Below are positions 1 to 8,114 of a stretch of DNA of 64,000 nucleotides, piece after piece. This DNA comes from a virus. The notes beneath the pieces were generated by a model, which saw only the letters and a list, made by a program, of their open reading frames with translations, had not been told where the DNA came from and ran no database searches. Both the position numbers and the translations under genes were made by a program. Within the stretch, counting starts at the first letter, position 1. Every line of letters starts with the position of its first letter. The stretch lies in IMG/VR virus record IMGVR_UViG_3300031825_000007, positions 1,060 to 65,059 of that record; one strand, given 5' to 3'.

Positions 1-560
1 CCGATGCTGCTGGTCGCTACGAACCGCAGGTCAATCACAAACCGCGCAGGGATGACCTGCATCATGCAACTCATGATGAGGTACACCGATTCGGGATCAG
101 GGAAGGCATTGATCGCGATTCGGATGCGACTAGTCAGGTAGGTGTCCGGCCCCTCCGATTCGCGCAGGTCCGTCGGATACTCAATCCCCTTTCCGTGCCA
201 GAGCTGCACAGCGTCGCCGATGTTCGGGAATAGGACTTGCAGGTAGGTCCGCAGGAAATGCAGCCCGCGGCCCTGTACGTTGCCCGACTTCCAGGCCCTG
301 TACAGGTAGCGTGTGGCCGCTTCCTCTCGGTCGCCGGGCAGCAGCACCAGCCCATCCGTGTTCACCATCTTGCGCACCAGGTCAAAAGACCCAAGGTGCG
401 CGGCGCCGAGCACGTTCACATCGAAAATCGCGGGCGCCAGAGCGGAGCCGAAGAGGTCGAGGAACAATTGCTTCAGGTCGGCCTCGACATCGTTTTCGGT
501 ATAGCTGGCTTCCAGTGGTGCCAGCCGCGGCAACTCGGCGTTCGAGAAATCGAAACCCAT
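1..560 (-). CDS. Baseplate wedge protein (P2 gpI/P1-like), 3'-truncated by the window edge
   Basis: Hand translation MGFDFSNAELPRLAPLEASYTENDVEADLKQLFLDLF...; ATG at 560, 6 nt after the stop of the baseplate J-like gene; open to base 1. Function from position. Confidence 0.65.
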   Translation of the reverse strand, partial: MGFDFSNAELPRLAPLEASYTENDVEADLKQLFLDLFGSALAPAIFDVNVLGAAHLGSFDLVRKMVNTDGLVLLPGDREEAATRYLYRAWKSGNVQGRGLHFLRTYLQVLFPNIGDAVQLWHGKGIEYPTDLRESEGPDTYLTSRIRIAINAFPDPESVYLIMSCMMQVIPARFVIDLRFVATSSI

Positions 561-566
561 GCCCAC

Positions 567-2063
567 CTACCCGCCCCACGAGGGGGTAACGATGCTGGCC
601 GAGTCCACCGTGACGATCAGGCTGCTGGTGTCCACGAAGCGCCACATCTCCGGGCGCAAGGTCAGATCATCGGGCGCGCTGATGTTCACGATCAGGTCTG
701 CTGCGCCGGCCGAAAGCGCCTGGATCTGCTTGCGCAGCAGGTCGTAGACCTGCACGTAGAGCGGGCGGTTGCGGCCCCGCCGCGATGCGGCAGCCGCCTC
801 GCCGAATTCACCCAGCACGGTCTCGATGATCTGCTGGCGCACATCGCTCGCCACGTAAGATGTGGACACCCGGGCGTTGATCGACATGGCAATCTTCGAA
901 CGCACCGCAGTGAAAAAGTAGACTCGATAGCTGTTGTCTGCCGACAGGATGGCGGCCTTGATGGCGCGCTGGGTGTCGGTCAGGTCGGCATCGTTGAGTT
1001 TGGTCGGCGCCACCGGCTCGTTGGGGTCCGGCTCTTCGAGCACGGCTTCCCCGCCCTCGGCAGACATGCAGGCCACGAACAGCGCGTTGATGTTGTCCTG
1101 GCTGGCACCGCGGACAGCCTCTTCCTGCGCCTCGTTCCAGACGGACGAGAATTGCAGGCTCGGGAAAAGCTTGCGCACCAGGAAGTCGAATTCCCCCATG
1201 AACACGGCGTTGTCGTCGTAGACCGATGGATAGCGCGACAGGTCGCGCAGCACGGACATGGGAATGGGGTTCTGGCCGGCCAGGAGCAGCGCGTCCATCT
1301 TCATCTCAACGCTCGCTTCCGCAGGAGAGCCCAAATACTCGAAGGAGAACGGACTTCCGAAGGCCGGGTTCACCGCGCCGCCGGTGTAAAACACGGCCAG
1401 CGCAATGACGGTGCCGTCCGGCGGCTGCGTGCCCACCACGCCATCGAATCCGAATCGCACGTAGACCTGCTGGCGATCATCGGCTTCGACGTGGAACACG
1501 CGCTCGCCCACTCCAGTGTTCACGTAACGGTTGCGATAGGCGTAGTCGCCCTGGTCATCGCTGACCGAGATGGAGCACAGATAGGAGCCATCGTCGGCCA
1601 CTGGTATCGGGATAGCGTAGAAAGGCTCGCTGCCAGCCACGGTATGCGTGATCGTGGTGAGGCTCATCTGGCTGGCTTCGAACGTGGCCTCTCCGCCGGC
1701 GGGCACGCTGGTCGGCGTCTCGATACGGTACAGCAGCCCCGACGAATCGAGCATCGTCCGGCCGGACTCGACCGCGAACGCCGCCGTGCCACCGTTCGCC
1801 GCCCGCACGCGCACGCGCGCAGGCGTGCCCTTGCGCACGATGCCGCGCATAGCGGCGTCGGCGAGCACCGTGCTATCGCGGGCCTTCTCGAACGGCTCGG
1901 CCTGCGCGGCGTCAACCTGCGCCGACAGCATCCCCATCATCGTCGCCATCGCGTCCAGGTTCTGGATGATGCGCGGGTCGCCCGCCTGATACAGCGGCGC
2001 GATGGCCGGGTAGTTGACGATGGTGTCGCGGATGAGGTTCTGGAAATCTGCCTTGGTCAGCAC
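567..2063 (-). CDS. Baseplate J-like wedge protein (P1 BplA-like), 498 aa
   Basis: Part of ORF 567..2108; likely GTG start at 2063 (VLTKADFQ) right after the upstream TGA; size and position after the gp25-like gene. Confidence 0.75.
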   Translation of the reverse strand: MLTKADFQNLIRDTIVNYPAIAPLYQAGDPRIIQNLDAMATMMGMLSAQVDAAQAEPFEKARDSTVLADAAMRGIVRKGTPARVRVRAANGGTAAFAVESGRTMLDSSGLLYRIETPTSVPAGGEATFEASQMSLTTITHTVAGSEPFYAIPIPVADDGSYLCSISVSDDQGDYAYRNRYVNTGVGERVFHVEADDRQQVYVRFGFDGVVGTQPPDGTVIALAVFYTGGAVNPAFGSPFSFEYLGSPAEASVEMKMDALLLAGQNPIPMSVLRDLSRYPSVYDDNAVFMGEFDFLVRKLFPSLQFSSVWNEAQEEAVRGASQDNINALFVACMSAEGGEAVLEEPDPNEPVAPTKLNDADLTDTQRAIKAAILSADNSYRVYFFTAVRSKIAMSINARVSTSYVASDVRQQIIETVLGEFGEAAAASRRGRNRPLYVQVYDLLRKQIQALSAGAADLIVNISAPDDLTLRPEMWRFVDTSSLIVTVDSASIVTPSWGG

Positions 2064-2064
2064 G

Positions 2065-2355
2065 TCACGCCCCTGGAACCTGAATAGCTTGGCCGGCCAC
2101 CTCGACAATCAGGTCGAGGCGATCCGGTAGCGACGGCACGCCGTACAAGTTCAGGGAACCCGCCGGCAGGGCCTGAAGCACCGGCACATCCAGCCGCATC
2201 TTTTGCAGGAACGCCTCTGGCGCCCCATCAGCCTGTGGGAGTTGAAGCATGGACTTGGCATCCTGACCGTAGTCAGAGCCCAGATAGCCGCTCACCGGCG
2301 TGTTGAGCCAGTGCCGCACCATGTTTTGAATGTCGCTTCCAGTGATCGTCGCCAT
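2065..2355 (-). CDS. Baseplate wedge/sheath-initiator protein (gp25/gpW-like), 96 aa
   Basis: WLNTPVSGYLGSDYG motif, small size, directly upstream of the J-like gene. Confidence 0.65.
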   Translation of the reverse strand: MATITGSDIQNMVRHWLNTPVSGYLGSDYGQDAKSMLQLPQADGAPEAFLQKMRLDVPVLQALPAGSLNLYGVPSLPDRLDLIVEVAGQAIQVPGA

Positions 2356-2362
2356 GTCCCAA

Positions 2363-2403
2363 AGCCTAGTGGTCGGGCAACGACAGGAAATGCGAGGTTT
2401 TCC
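2363..2403 (-). promoter_or_regulatory. Putative late promoter (baseplate operon)
   Basis: GGAAAAC(2403-2397)-N28-TAGGCT(2368-2363), ATG 7 nt downstream, no SD. Confidence 0.7.
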
Positions 2404-2628
2404 GGGTTGAAGTGGACGACAGCGGCTCGCTTTGGTAAATTTCAGGTGTCAGCCGCGCCCACGGGCCGCCTCTCCAGTAGAGTCCCGTGCGTAGCCCCGT
2501 CAGCAATGGAGGGTGTCACCGGCGACCACAGAAGGGGCAACATCATGGGGACGACGCGGCGTAGACCCCATGAGCGTAGGCTGGAATGCGCCTGAAGCCG
2601 CATCCAGCGCACCCCCTTCCCCCCTCTA

Positions 2629-3084
2629 CTACCGGGCGAATACGGTCAGCGTCCAGGCATTCCCACCTGTCAGCTTCACCAGATGCACCTCGGTGCCATC
2701 CTGGCCCACGATCACCCGCGTGGCTCGGCCGATTTCATGACGATCAAGCTCCCTTCCTTCGGCGATGGCGTACACCATGCGCCGCAGTAGCGCCGCCGTT
2801 TGGTGATGGTCATAGCCATCCTTCCGCCGGCGCGACTCCAGCGCATGGGCCAGGCCCTTTGCCCCGCGGCGCACGCCTCTGCTGTTTGGCGGAGCCCCCT
2901 CATCACCCCACACGAAATCCACCCAGCCCAGGCCCTCCCGGTACATGGCGCGGTGCACTGTGGTCTTTCCCTTCATGGCTTTGTCGAGCGCAGCCAGGCC
3001 GCGCTGGACATTTGCCTTGCCGGTGGGTACTGCGTCCAGTATCACCGGGCACAGGATGGCCCGGTACTCATGCAACGCCAGCAT
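2629..3084 (-). CDS. Stand-alone PBECR-type (barnase/colicin E5-like) nuclease, 151 aa
   Basis: GLGWVDFVWGDEG...GAKGLAHALE matches the D(L/F)VWG...GLAH signature of phage polyvalent-protein BECR RNase domains; ATG at 3084 follows the tape measure stop. Confidence 0.6.
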   Translation of the reverse strand: MLALHEYRAILCPVILDAVPTGKANVQRGLAALDKAMKGKTTVHRAMYREGLGWVDFVWGDEGAPPNSRGVRRGAKGLAHALESRRRKDGYDHHQTAALLRRMVYAIAEGRELDRHEIGRATRVIVGQDGTEVHLVKLTGGNAWTLTVFAR

Positions 3085-3088
3085 CGCG

Positions 3089-5587
3089 CTACGCCCCCAG
3101 TCCGCCGGTGACGATATGCGCCATGCCACGCTCGCGCAGATCCTGGCCCACGTCCGATGGCGGCGAGGCGATCACTGTCGGCTTGCTGTTGTTCGAGGCC
3201 AGCGGCACATCGATCCTGGGCGCCTCGGCCACGGCCGGCACCGACGGGCCGGCCGGCATCGCCGGCATTCGCGCGGACGCCACGACGGGTATGGCCGGAC
3301 TAGCGATGCCGGCGGGAACAGGCGGCGGCTTGGGGTCGTCGGCCGCAGCAATGTCGGCAAACCTCTCCCGCGACTGCGACTGCCGAGCGTCCGCTGCAAA
3401 AACATCACCGCGCCGCATCATCTGCCCCATGCGCGAGTAGGCATCGGCAGTCGTGACATTGCCGTCGCCATACAGGCTCTTGTTGCCGGAAATGACAGCC
3501 TCGACACGGGCTCGCTGCTTGTCCGTCTTCGCCCCCTGCAACAGCGCCTCGCGCACCGTCATAGCGGGGTTCTGCTGCATTCCGGTCAGCAGGTTCTTGG
3601 CGTCCTTGTCGCCAAGATTGTGGAAGGCATAGACGTTTGCGTCATCGTCGGCACCGCCATACTTGCGGCCCTTTTCGATGTTCTCCTTCGTGAACTCGGC
3701 CAACATGCTGGCCTGGAGGGTCTTGTCCCCCCGATACTTCTCGGCTTGCTCTTTGGTCAGGGCTCCGGCGCCCTCAACCCCGTACTTCGCCCCGAATTTG
3801 TTGAGCATGTCCGTCCAAGTTCCATTGAGGAACTGGCCGTAGCCGTGGGCCGAAGAAATACGAGTGCCGTCCTTCCTGGTCGGCGTCGCATCAGCATTGA
3901 ATCCGCTCTCGAAGTTGGCGATTTTTGCGACCGTGCCGGCATCTACGCCCGCCTTGTCGGAAGCGCCCAGCAGATACTGCTTGGCGTCATTCCAGCGGTC
4001 CCCGATCTTTCCACCAATGGCCTTCGCCCCTTCCCAGGCCCTGGATGCCCCCCTTCCGACAGTCGATCCCTTGACAGCATCGACAGCCCGCGCGCCCAAC
4101 TCGACGGCACCGGCCTTGATGTCCACGCCGGCCTTGTCCTTGATGAACTGGTTCGCATCGTTCGCCTTGCCGGCTACCCACTGCCCTGCGTCACCGACTG
4201 CATCCTTGAGGCCCTTCCAGCCTTCTGCCAGCTTTCCTAGCGCGCTGTCCCAAGCCTTCTTTATGGTGTCGGTGGTCGCATTCCACGCCGCGGTAATCTT
4301 GCCGGGGATGTCGGCCTCGCGCAGATCGGACACCCAGCCACCGACGGTATCGCCGATGATCTTGCCTGCCTGGTCGCCGAAGAACATCCCGGCCGCGCCA
4401 CCCACAACACCGCCGATGGCAGCGCCAATCGGGCCAGCGAATGCTCCGGCCAGCGCCCCCAGCTTCGCGCCGGCCAGCATCCCCCCAACGCTTCCGGCGA
4501 GACCGCCGACGGCCGCCCCATCGCGCTTGTCCTTCTCGCGGCGCGTCAGCGAGCCGTCCGTTTCGGTATCGTAGATGTCGGACGCGGCACCGACGCCGCT
4601 CAAGAGCGCGCCGATCAGTGGCAGGCGGCCCAGCGCGCCCTTGCCCAGCCCAAGCAGGCCACGACCAGCCCCGGCAAGCAGGCCACCACCGCGCGCCAGC
4701 AGGCTACCGGCACCCGCCGTCAACATGCCGACACCGGGAATACGCTTCAGCAAAGCCCCCAACATGCCGAGCAGACCCGAGCCGCCGCCCTCGCCTTCCG
4801 CGGCGGGCTTTTCCTCGATGACCTTCAGGCTCTTGTTCGCGGCCTTGTTGAACGTGCTTTCCTCCCGACGGAAGCCCGTGAGGGAAGTCCAGATACGCCG
4901 CAACCAGCTCTCCTGTTGCTTCTGCTTGTCGCCGCCCGTCAGCAACTCGTAGCCGCGCGCCATCGGCTGGGCGACCTCGCGGAACGCCTTGATAGCTGGG
5001 TCGGCCTCTTCCATGCCGGCGCTGGATTCCCTGACGGCGCCGACGAGCCGTTCGGTCAGCGCGTGCATTGAGCTTTCACGCTCGCTGCGCTCATCGCTCC
5101 CACCACCCATGCCGGGCGGTGTACGCCCAGAATTCGCCGGGCGTCGGGCATCCAGGGTACGCACGAAACGACCACGAATGTCGCGGGTCTGCGGCCTAGC
5201 CGGCGCCTGTTGCATTGCCGTTCGTGTAGCGCGCAGTTCGGATACCACGCGCGCGGAGGGGGGATCACTGGCCTGGCCGCGCGTCGTGGAATTTCCGCCG
5301 GCACCGCCGGTCCGCGGAGTCGCGGCCGGCCGCAGCAAGGCGGGAACCTGGGCCTGCCGGCGCGCCGCTACGCCCGCGCCAGAATTGGCCGGGCGCCGGG
5401 CACTTGTGGCGTCTGGTGATGGTTTCGATGTCAACCGTTCCGTCCGCGTCAAGACAGCGGCAATACCCGCCACGCCGGTCCGAATCGCACGCACATCCTC
5501 GCGGATTGCTGCCAGGGTCTTGTCGCGGGCTATCTCTGCTGGGGCGCCAACCAGAAAGCCTTGTGCATCATGCTGGAGCACAGCCAT
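3089..5587 (-). CDS. Tape measure protein with lytic transglycosylase domain (P1 Sit-like), 832 aa
   Basis: Gly/Ala-rich hydrophobic repeats plus SLT motifs IANFESGFNADA and SSAHGYGQFLNGTW. Confidence 0.85.
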   Translation of the reverse strand: MAVLQHDAQGFLVGAPAEIARDKTLAAIREDVRAIRTGVAGIAAVLTRTERLTSKPSPDATSARRPANSGAGVAARRQAQVPALLRPAATPRTGGAGGNSTTRGQASDPPSARVVSELRATRTAMQQAPARPQTRDIRGRFVRTLDARRPANSGRTPPGMGGGSDERSERESSMHALTERLVGAVRESSAGMEEADPAIKAFREVAQPMARGYELLTGGDKQKQQESWLRRIWTSLTGFRREESTFNKAANKSLKVIEEKPAAEGEGGGSGLLGMLGALLKRIPGVGMLTAGAGSLLARGGGLLAGAGRGLLGLGKGALGRLPLIGALLSGVGAASDIYDTETDGSLTRREKDKRDGAAVGGLAGSVGGMLAGAKLGALAGAFAGPIGAAIGGVVGGAAGMFFGDQAGKIIGDTVGGWVSDLREADIPGKITAAWNATTDTIKKAWDSALGKLAEGWKGLKDAVGDAGQWVAGKANDANQFIKDKAGVDIKAGAVELGARAVDAVKGSTVGRGASRAWEGAKAIGGKIGDRWNDAKQYLLGASDKAGVDAGTVAKIANFESGFNADATPTRKDGTRISSAHGYGQFLNGTWTDMLNKFGAKYGVEGAGALTKEQAEKYRGDKTLQASMLAEFTKENIEKGRKYGGADDDANVYAFHNLGDKDAKNLLTGMQQNPAMTVREALLQGAKTDKQRARVEAVISGNKSLYGDGNVTTADAYSRMGQMMRRGDVFAADARQSQSRERFADIAAADDPKPPPVPAGIASPAIPVVASARMPAMPAGPSVPAVAEAPRIDVPLASNNSKPTVIASPPSDVGQDLRERGMAHIVTGGLGA

Positions 5588-6492
5588 CAGGGCCTCATGA
5601 AGGTATCGAGTTGGGAGAACGTCATTTGCACCTCTTCCAGCCCATCCTCGCGGCGGGATAGGCTCACGTCGAGGTTCCCTGTGCGGAACAACCCGATGTC
5701 CTCGTAGCCACCCTGGTTGCTGCCCCTGGTGATGAAGGCATGGACGATCTTGAAGGTGATGGCGTAGCTATCGGGCACGCCAACGGTGCCATCACGCGCA
5801 GCGGTGGCGCCGTGGTGAGCAGCAAACCAGCTCTTGATCGAGCCCTGCTTGTCGTCCATCGTCGTGACGCGCAGTTCGACCGGCTCGGCACCCTGCACCG
5901 CATCGAGCACCGCACCGCCCACCCGGCGCTTGTCGCCGGAAATGATGAACGGGGAATACTCGACCTCGGTAGCGAACAGGTTGAACCGCTGCGACGTATC
6001 GCCTGCCAGCCGGCTCGACACTTCGAGCAACCACAGGTTTTTCTTCGCCAGGCTCTCACCGCGCAACTGGTCGTAGATTTGCCGGGCTTCGGTCGGGCTG
6101 ATGCCGCCCCAGAGTGGGGTCGGCGATCCCCAGTACATCGTCTGCGCCGCGACGCCGCTCATGCCCGGAAACACGCTGTTCAACAGTCCCGAGTCAAGCA
6201 CGCGCAAACCGGCCGCGCTCCAGTCGCCATTGAGCACGTCGCCGATGGCACCCGCGCCGACGTTCACCGCGCGCTGTGCCTGAATCGGAATGTACTTGTT
6301 CACCAGATTCATGCCGGCGTTCACGCCCGCGCTCTTGCCCATACTCGTGACGGCCTGCGCGAGCAGGCCGCCGCCCAGCGCATCGCTGGCCGCGCTGGCG
6401 ACGCCGCCGAGTGCCGAGTCCAGGCCCGAGCGGATCGAGCCGAACAGGCCACTACTCGAAAGGCTGTCGGCGATGTTGTTGTAGAGGGACAC
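5587..6492 (-). CDS. Tail tube-fold baseplate/tube-initiator protein, 301 aa
   Basis: GTG at 6492 with GGAGG SD; Gly/Ala-rich N-half and beta-rich C-half; coupled to the tape measure gene. Function inferred. Confidence 0.5.
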   Translation of the reverse strand: MSLYNNIADSLSSSGLFGSIRSGLDSALGGVASAASDALGGGLLAQAVTSMGKSAGVNAGMNLVNKYIPIQAQRAVNVGAGAIGDVLNGDWSAAGLRVLDSGLLNSVFPGMSGVAAQTMYWGSPTPLWGGISPTEARQIYDQLRGESLAKKNLWLLEVSSRLAGDTSQRFNLFATEVEYSPFIISGDKRRVGGAVLDAVQGAEPVELRVTTMDDKQGSIKSWFAAHHGATAARDGTVGVPDSYAITFKIVHAFITRGSNQGGYEDIGLFRTGNLDVSLSRREDGLEEVQMTFSQLDTFMRP

Positions 6493-6493
6493 G

Positions 6494-8053
6494 CTACACC
6501 TCCCCGTCGCCGCCCATGCCATCGTTGCGCGGTTTCGCGTCCACGATGGTGGCGTAAAGCTTGGCCTGATCCTCGTCCAGCATCATCGTCTTCGACAGGA
6601 ACTCGACCATGATTTCCTTGGTAGCGCCCATTTCCTTGAGCGTCTGCATGGCCTGGGCCAGCATCATGCCGGCATTCATCCCGTCGGAACGGGTACGCTG
6701 CTTCTCGGCCTCCAGCGCCGAAATCGACCCGAACAGGCTGATGTCCCAGGGACGCTCGGACGCATTGAACACCATGCCGTAGCGGCGCATGGTGTGGATG
6801 TCGGCAATGTGGTTGAAGCATTCGCAAACCGCCACGCGGATGATCCGCGCGCGCTCGGCGGCCTGTGCCGAGGTGCGGAAGAAGCCGCCTTCGCCCAAGC
6901 CACCCGAGAGCTGATCGGCGAAGCCGATCATGGACAGGTCAACGCCAATGGAGCCGGACAGAAGCCGGGCGTGCAGCAACACGTCCTCGATGCTGATGCT
7001 GCCGGCGCGGCCAGACTGGCCGCCGTTCGCCGGCCCCACCGTGGTCAACTGCTTTTCATTGAACACGGGGATGATGTGTCGGATGCGCTCCATGATCGGG
7101 CGTCCGCTCTCCACGGCCCGCTCGGCATAGTTCTTCGACGCCTTGAGCATTTTCGTCACCGATTCCACAAACCGCTTCTGCTGCTCCAGCGTCATGGATT
7201 CAAGGTTGACGGCCACCATCTGCTCATCGATGGAATCCATCCACCGCTGGCCCACCAGGCCCAGCAGTGAGGCAGTCAGGTTGTCGTAGGCTTCCTCGGC
7301 GTTGTAGAGCAGCGAGCCGCCTGCCATGCTGGGCATGATCGGCAAGGCATCCACGTTGTCCTCGGTCAGCGCCAGCCGCAGCGCCTTCTCGACCACGCCG
7401 TACTGCGGAACCCATTGGGTGCGCGGCATCTTCAGGCGCGCCATTTGCGACACGTCCAGACGCTCGAAATTGCGCTCGCCGGTGTAGACGGCGAAGCCGA
7501 TCGTGCGGCTCCCGCGCTCGTAGGGCTGCACCAACGGAGGCCGCACCATTTCATCGACGTACAGGTCGATCACCCCGCGCGAATTCGAGTAGATCCGCGA
7601 GTAAGCGTCGCCGAAGCTCGCGCCGGTGTATGCGAGCTGGTGCGCCACCCGATTGAAGAGCGGCGTCAGGTTGTCCGCCACTTCGTCGGCGATGGCCGCC
7701 AGGCTCTTGTTCTTCTTCGCGGCTGCCGACTGCTCGACGAATACCAAGTCGCCGCTGGTTTCGTGGCCGCCCAGGGCCGAAGTCACCAGTAGGCCCAGCG
7801 CCGTGGACACGATGGGACTGCCCTCCATCAGCGACCACTTCTCGTAGATGACCTGTCGCGCGCGCGCGCCGCGGCTACCCGAGCCCAGCAGCGCCGCCAC
7901 CGTGGTGGTGCCGGCGCCGTACATGAACGTGTCAGACTGGTTGATCTGCTGCGCCGGCGCGGTAAACGAGGACGCCCAGCGGCGTGCAGTCACCCCCAGC
8001 CGCGCCAGCGCGCCCGGAGCCTTCACAACGGGAGTATTCGAGATAGAAGCCAT
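6494..8053 (-). CDS. Portal protein (P1 Prt/T4 gp20-like), 519 aa
   Basis: IYEKWSLMEGSPIVSTALGLLVTSALG, FGDAYSRIY, size and context. Confidence 0.75.
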   Translation of the reverse strand: MASISNTPVVKAPGALARLGVTARRWASSFTAPAQQINQSDTFMYGAGTTTVAALLGSGSRGARARQVIYEKWSLMEGSPIVSTALGLLVTSALGGHETSGDLVFVEQSAAAKKNKSLAAIADEVADNLTPLFNRVAHQLAYTGASFGDAYSRIYSNSRGVIDLYVDEMVRPPLVQPYERGSRTIGFAVYTGERNFERLDVSQMARLKMPRTQWVPQYGVVEKALRLALTEDNVDALPIMPSMAGGSLLYNAEEAYDNLTASLLGLVGQRWMDSIDEQMVAVNLESMTLEQQKRFVESVTKMLKASKNYAERAVESGRPIMERIRHIIPVFNEKQLTTVGPANGGQSGRAGSISIEDVLLHARLLSGSIGVDLSMIGFADQLSGGLGEGGFFRTSAQAAERARIIRVAVCECFNHIADIHTMRRYGMVFNASERPWDISLFGSISALEAEKQRTRSDGMNAGMMLAQAMQTLKEMGATKEIMVEFLSKTMMLDEDQAKLYATIVDAKPRNDGMGGDGEV

Positions 8054-8059
8054 GAAACG

Positions 8060-8100
8060 ATGGTATGTCGCCCTGAAATGCCCGATCTGGCCGGTTTTCC
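8060..8100 (-). promoter_or_regulatory. Putative late promoter (portal operon)
   Basis: GGAAAAC(8100-8094)-N28-TACCAT(8065-8060), ATG 6 nt downstream, no SD. Confidence 0.72.
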
Positions 8101-8114
8101 CGTGCCCCTAACTG

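Noticed and set aside
237-2087. 616-aa plus-strand ORF and similar long opposite-strand ORFs (27348-29321, 31225-33159, 59795-61417)
   Set aside because: Each overlaps a better-supported gene on the other strand and reads as low-information Arg/Ala/Gly sequence.
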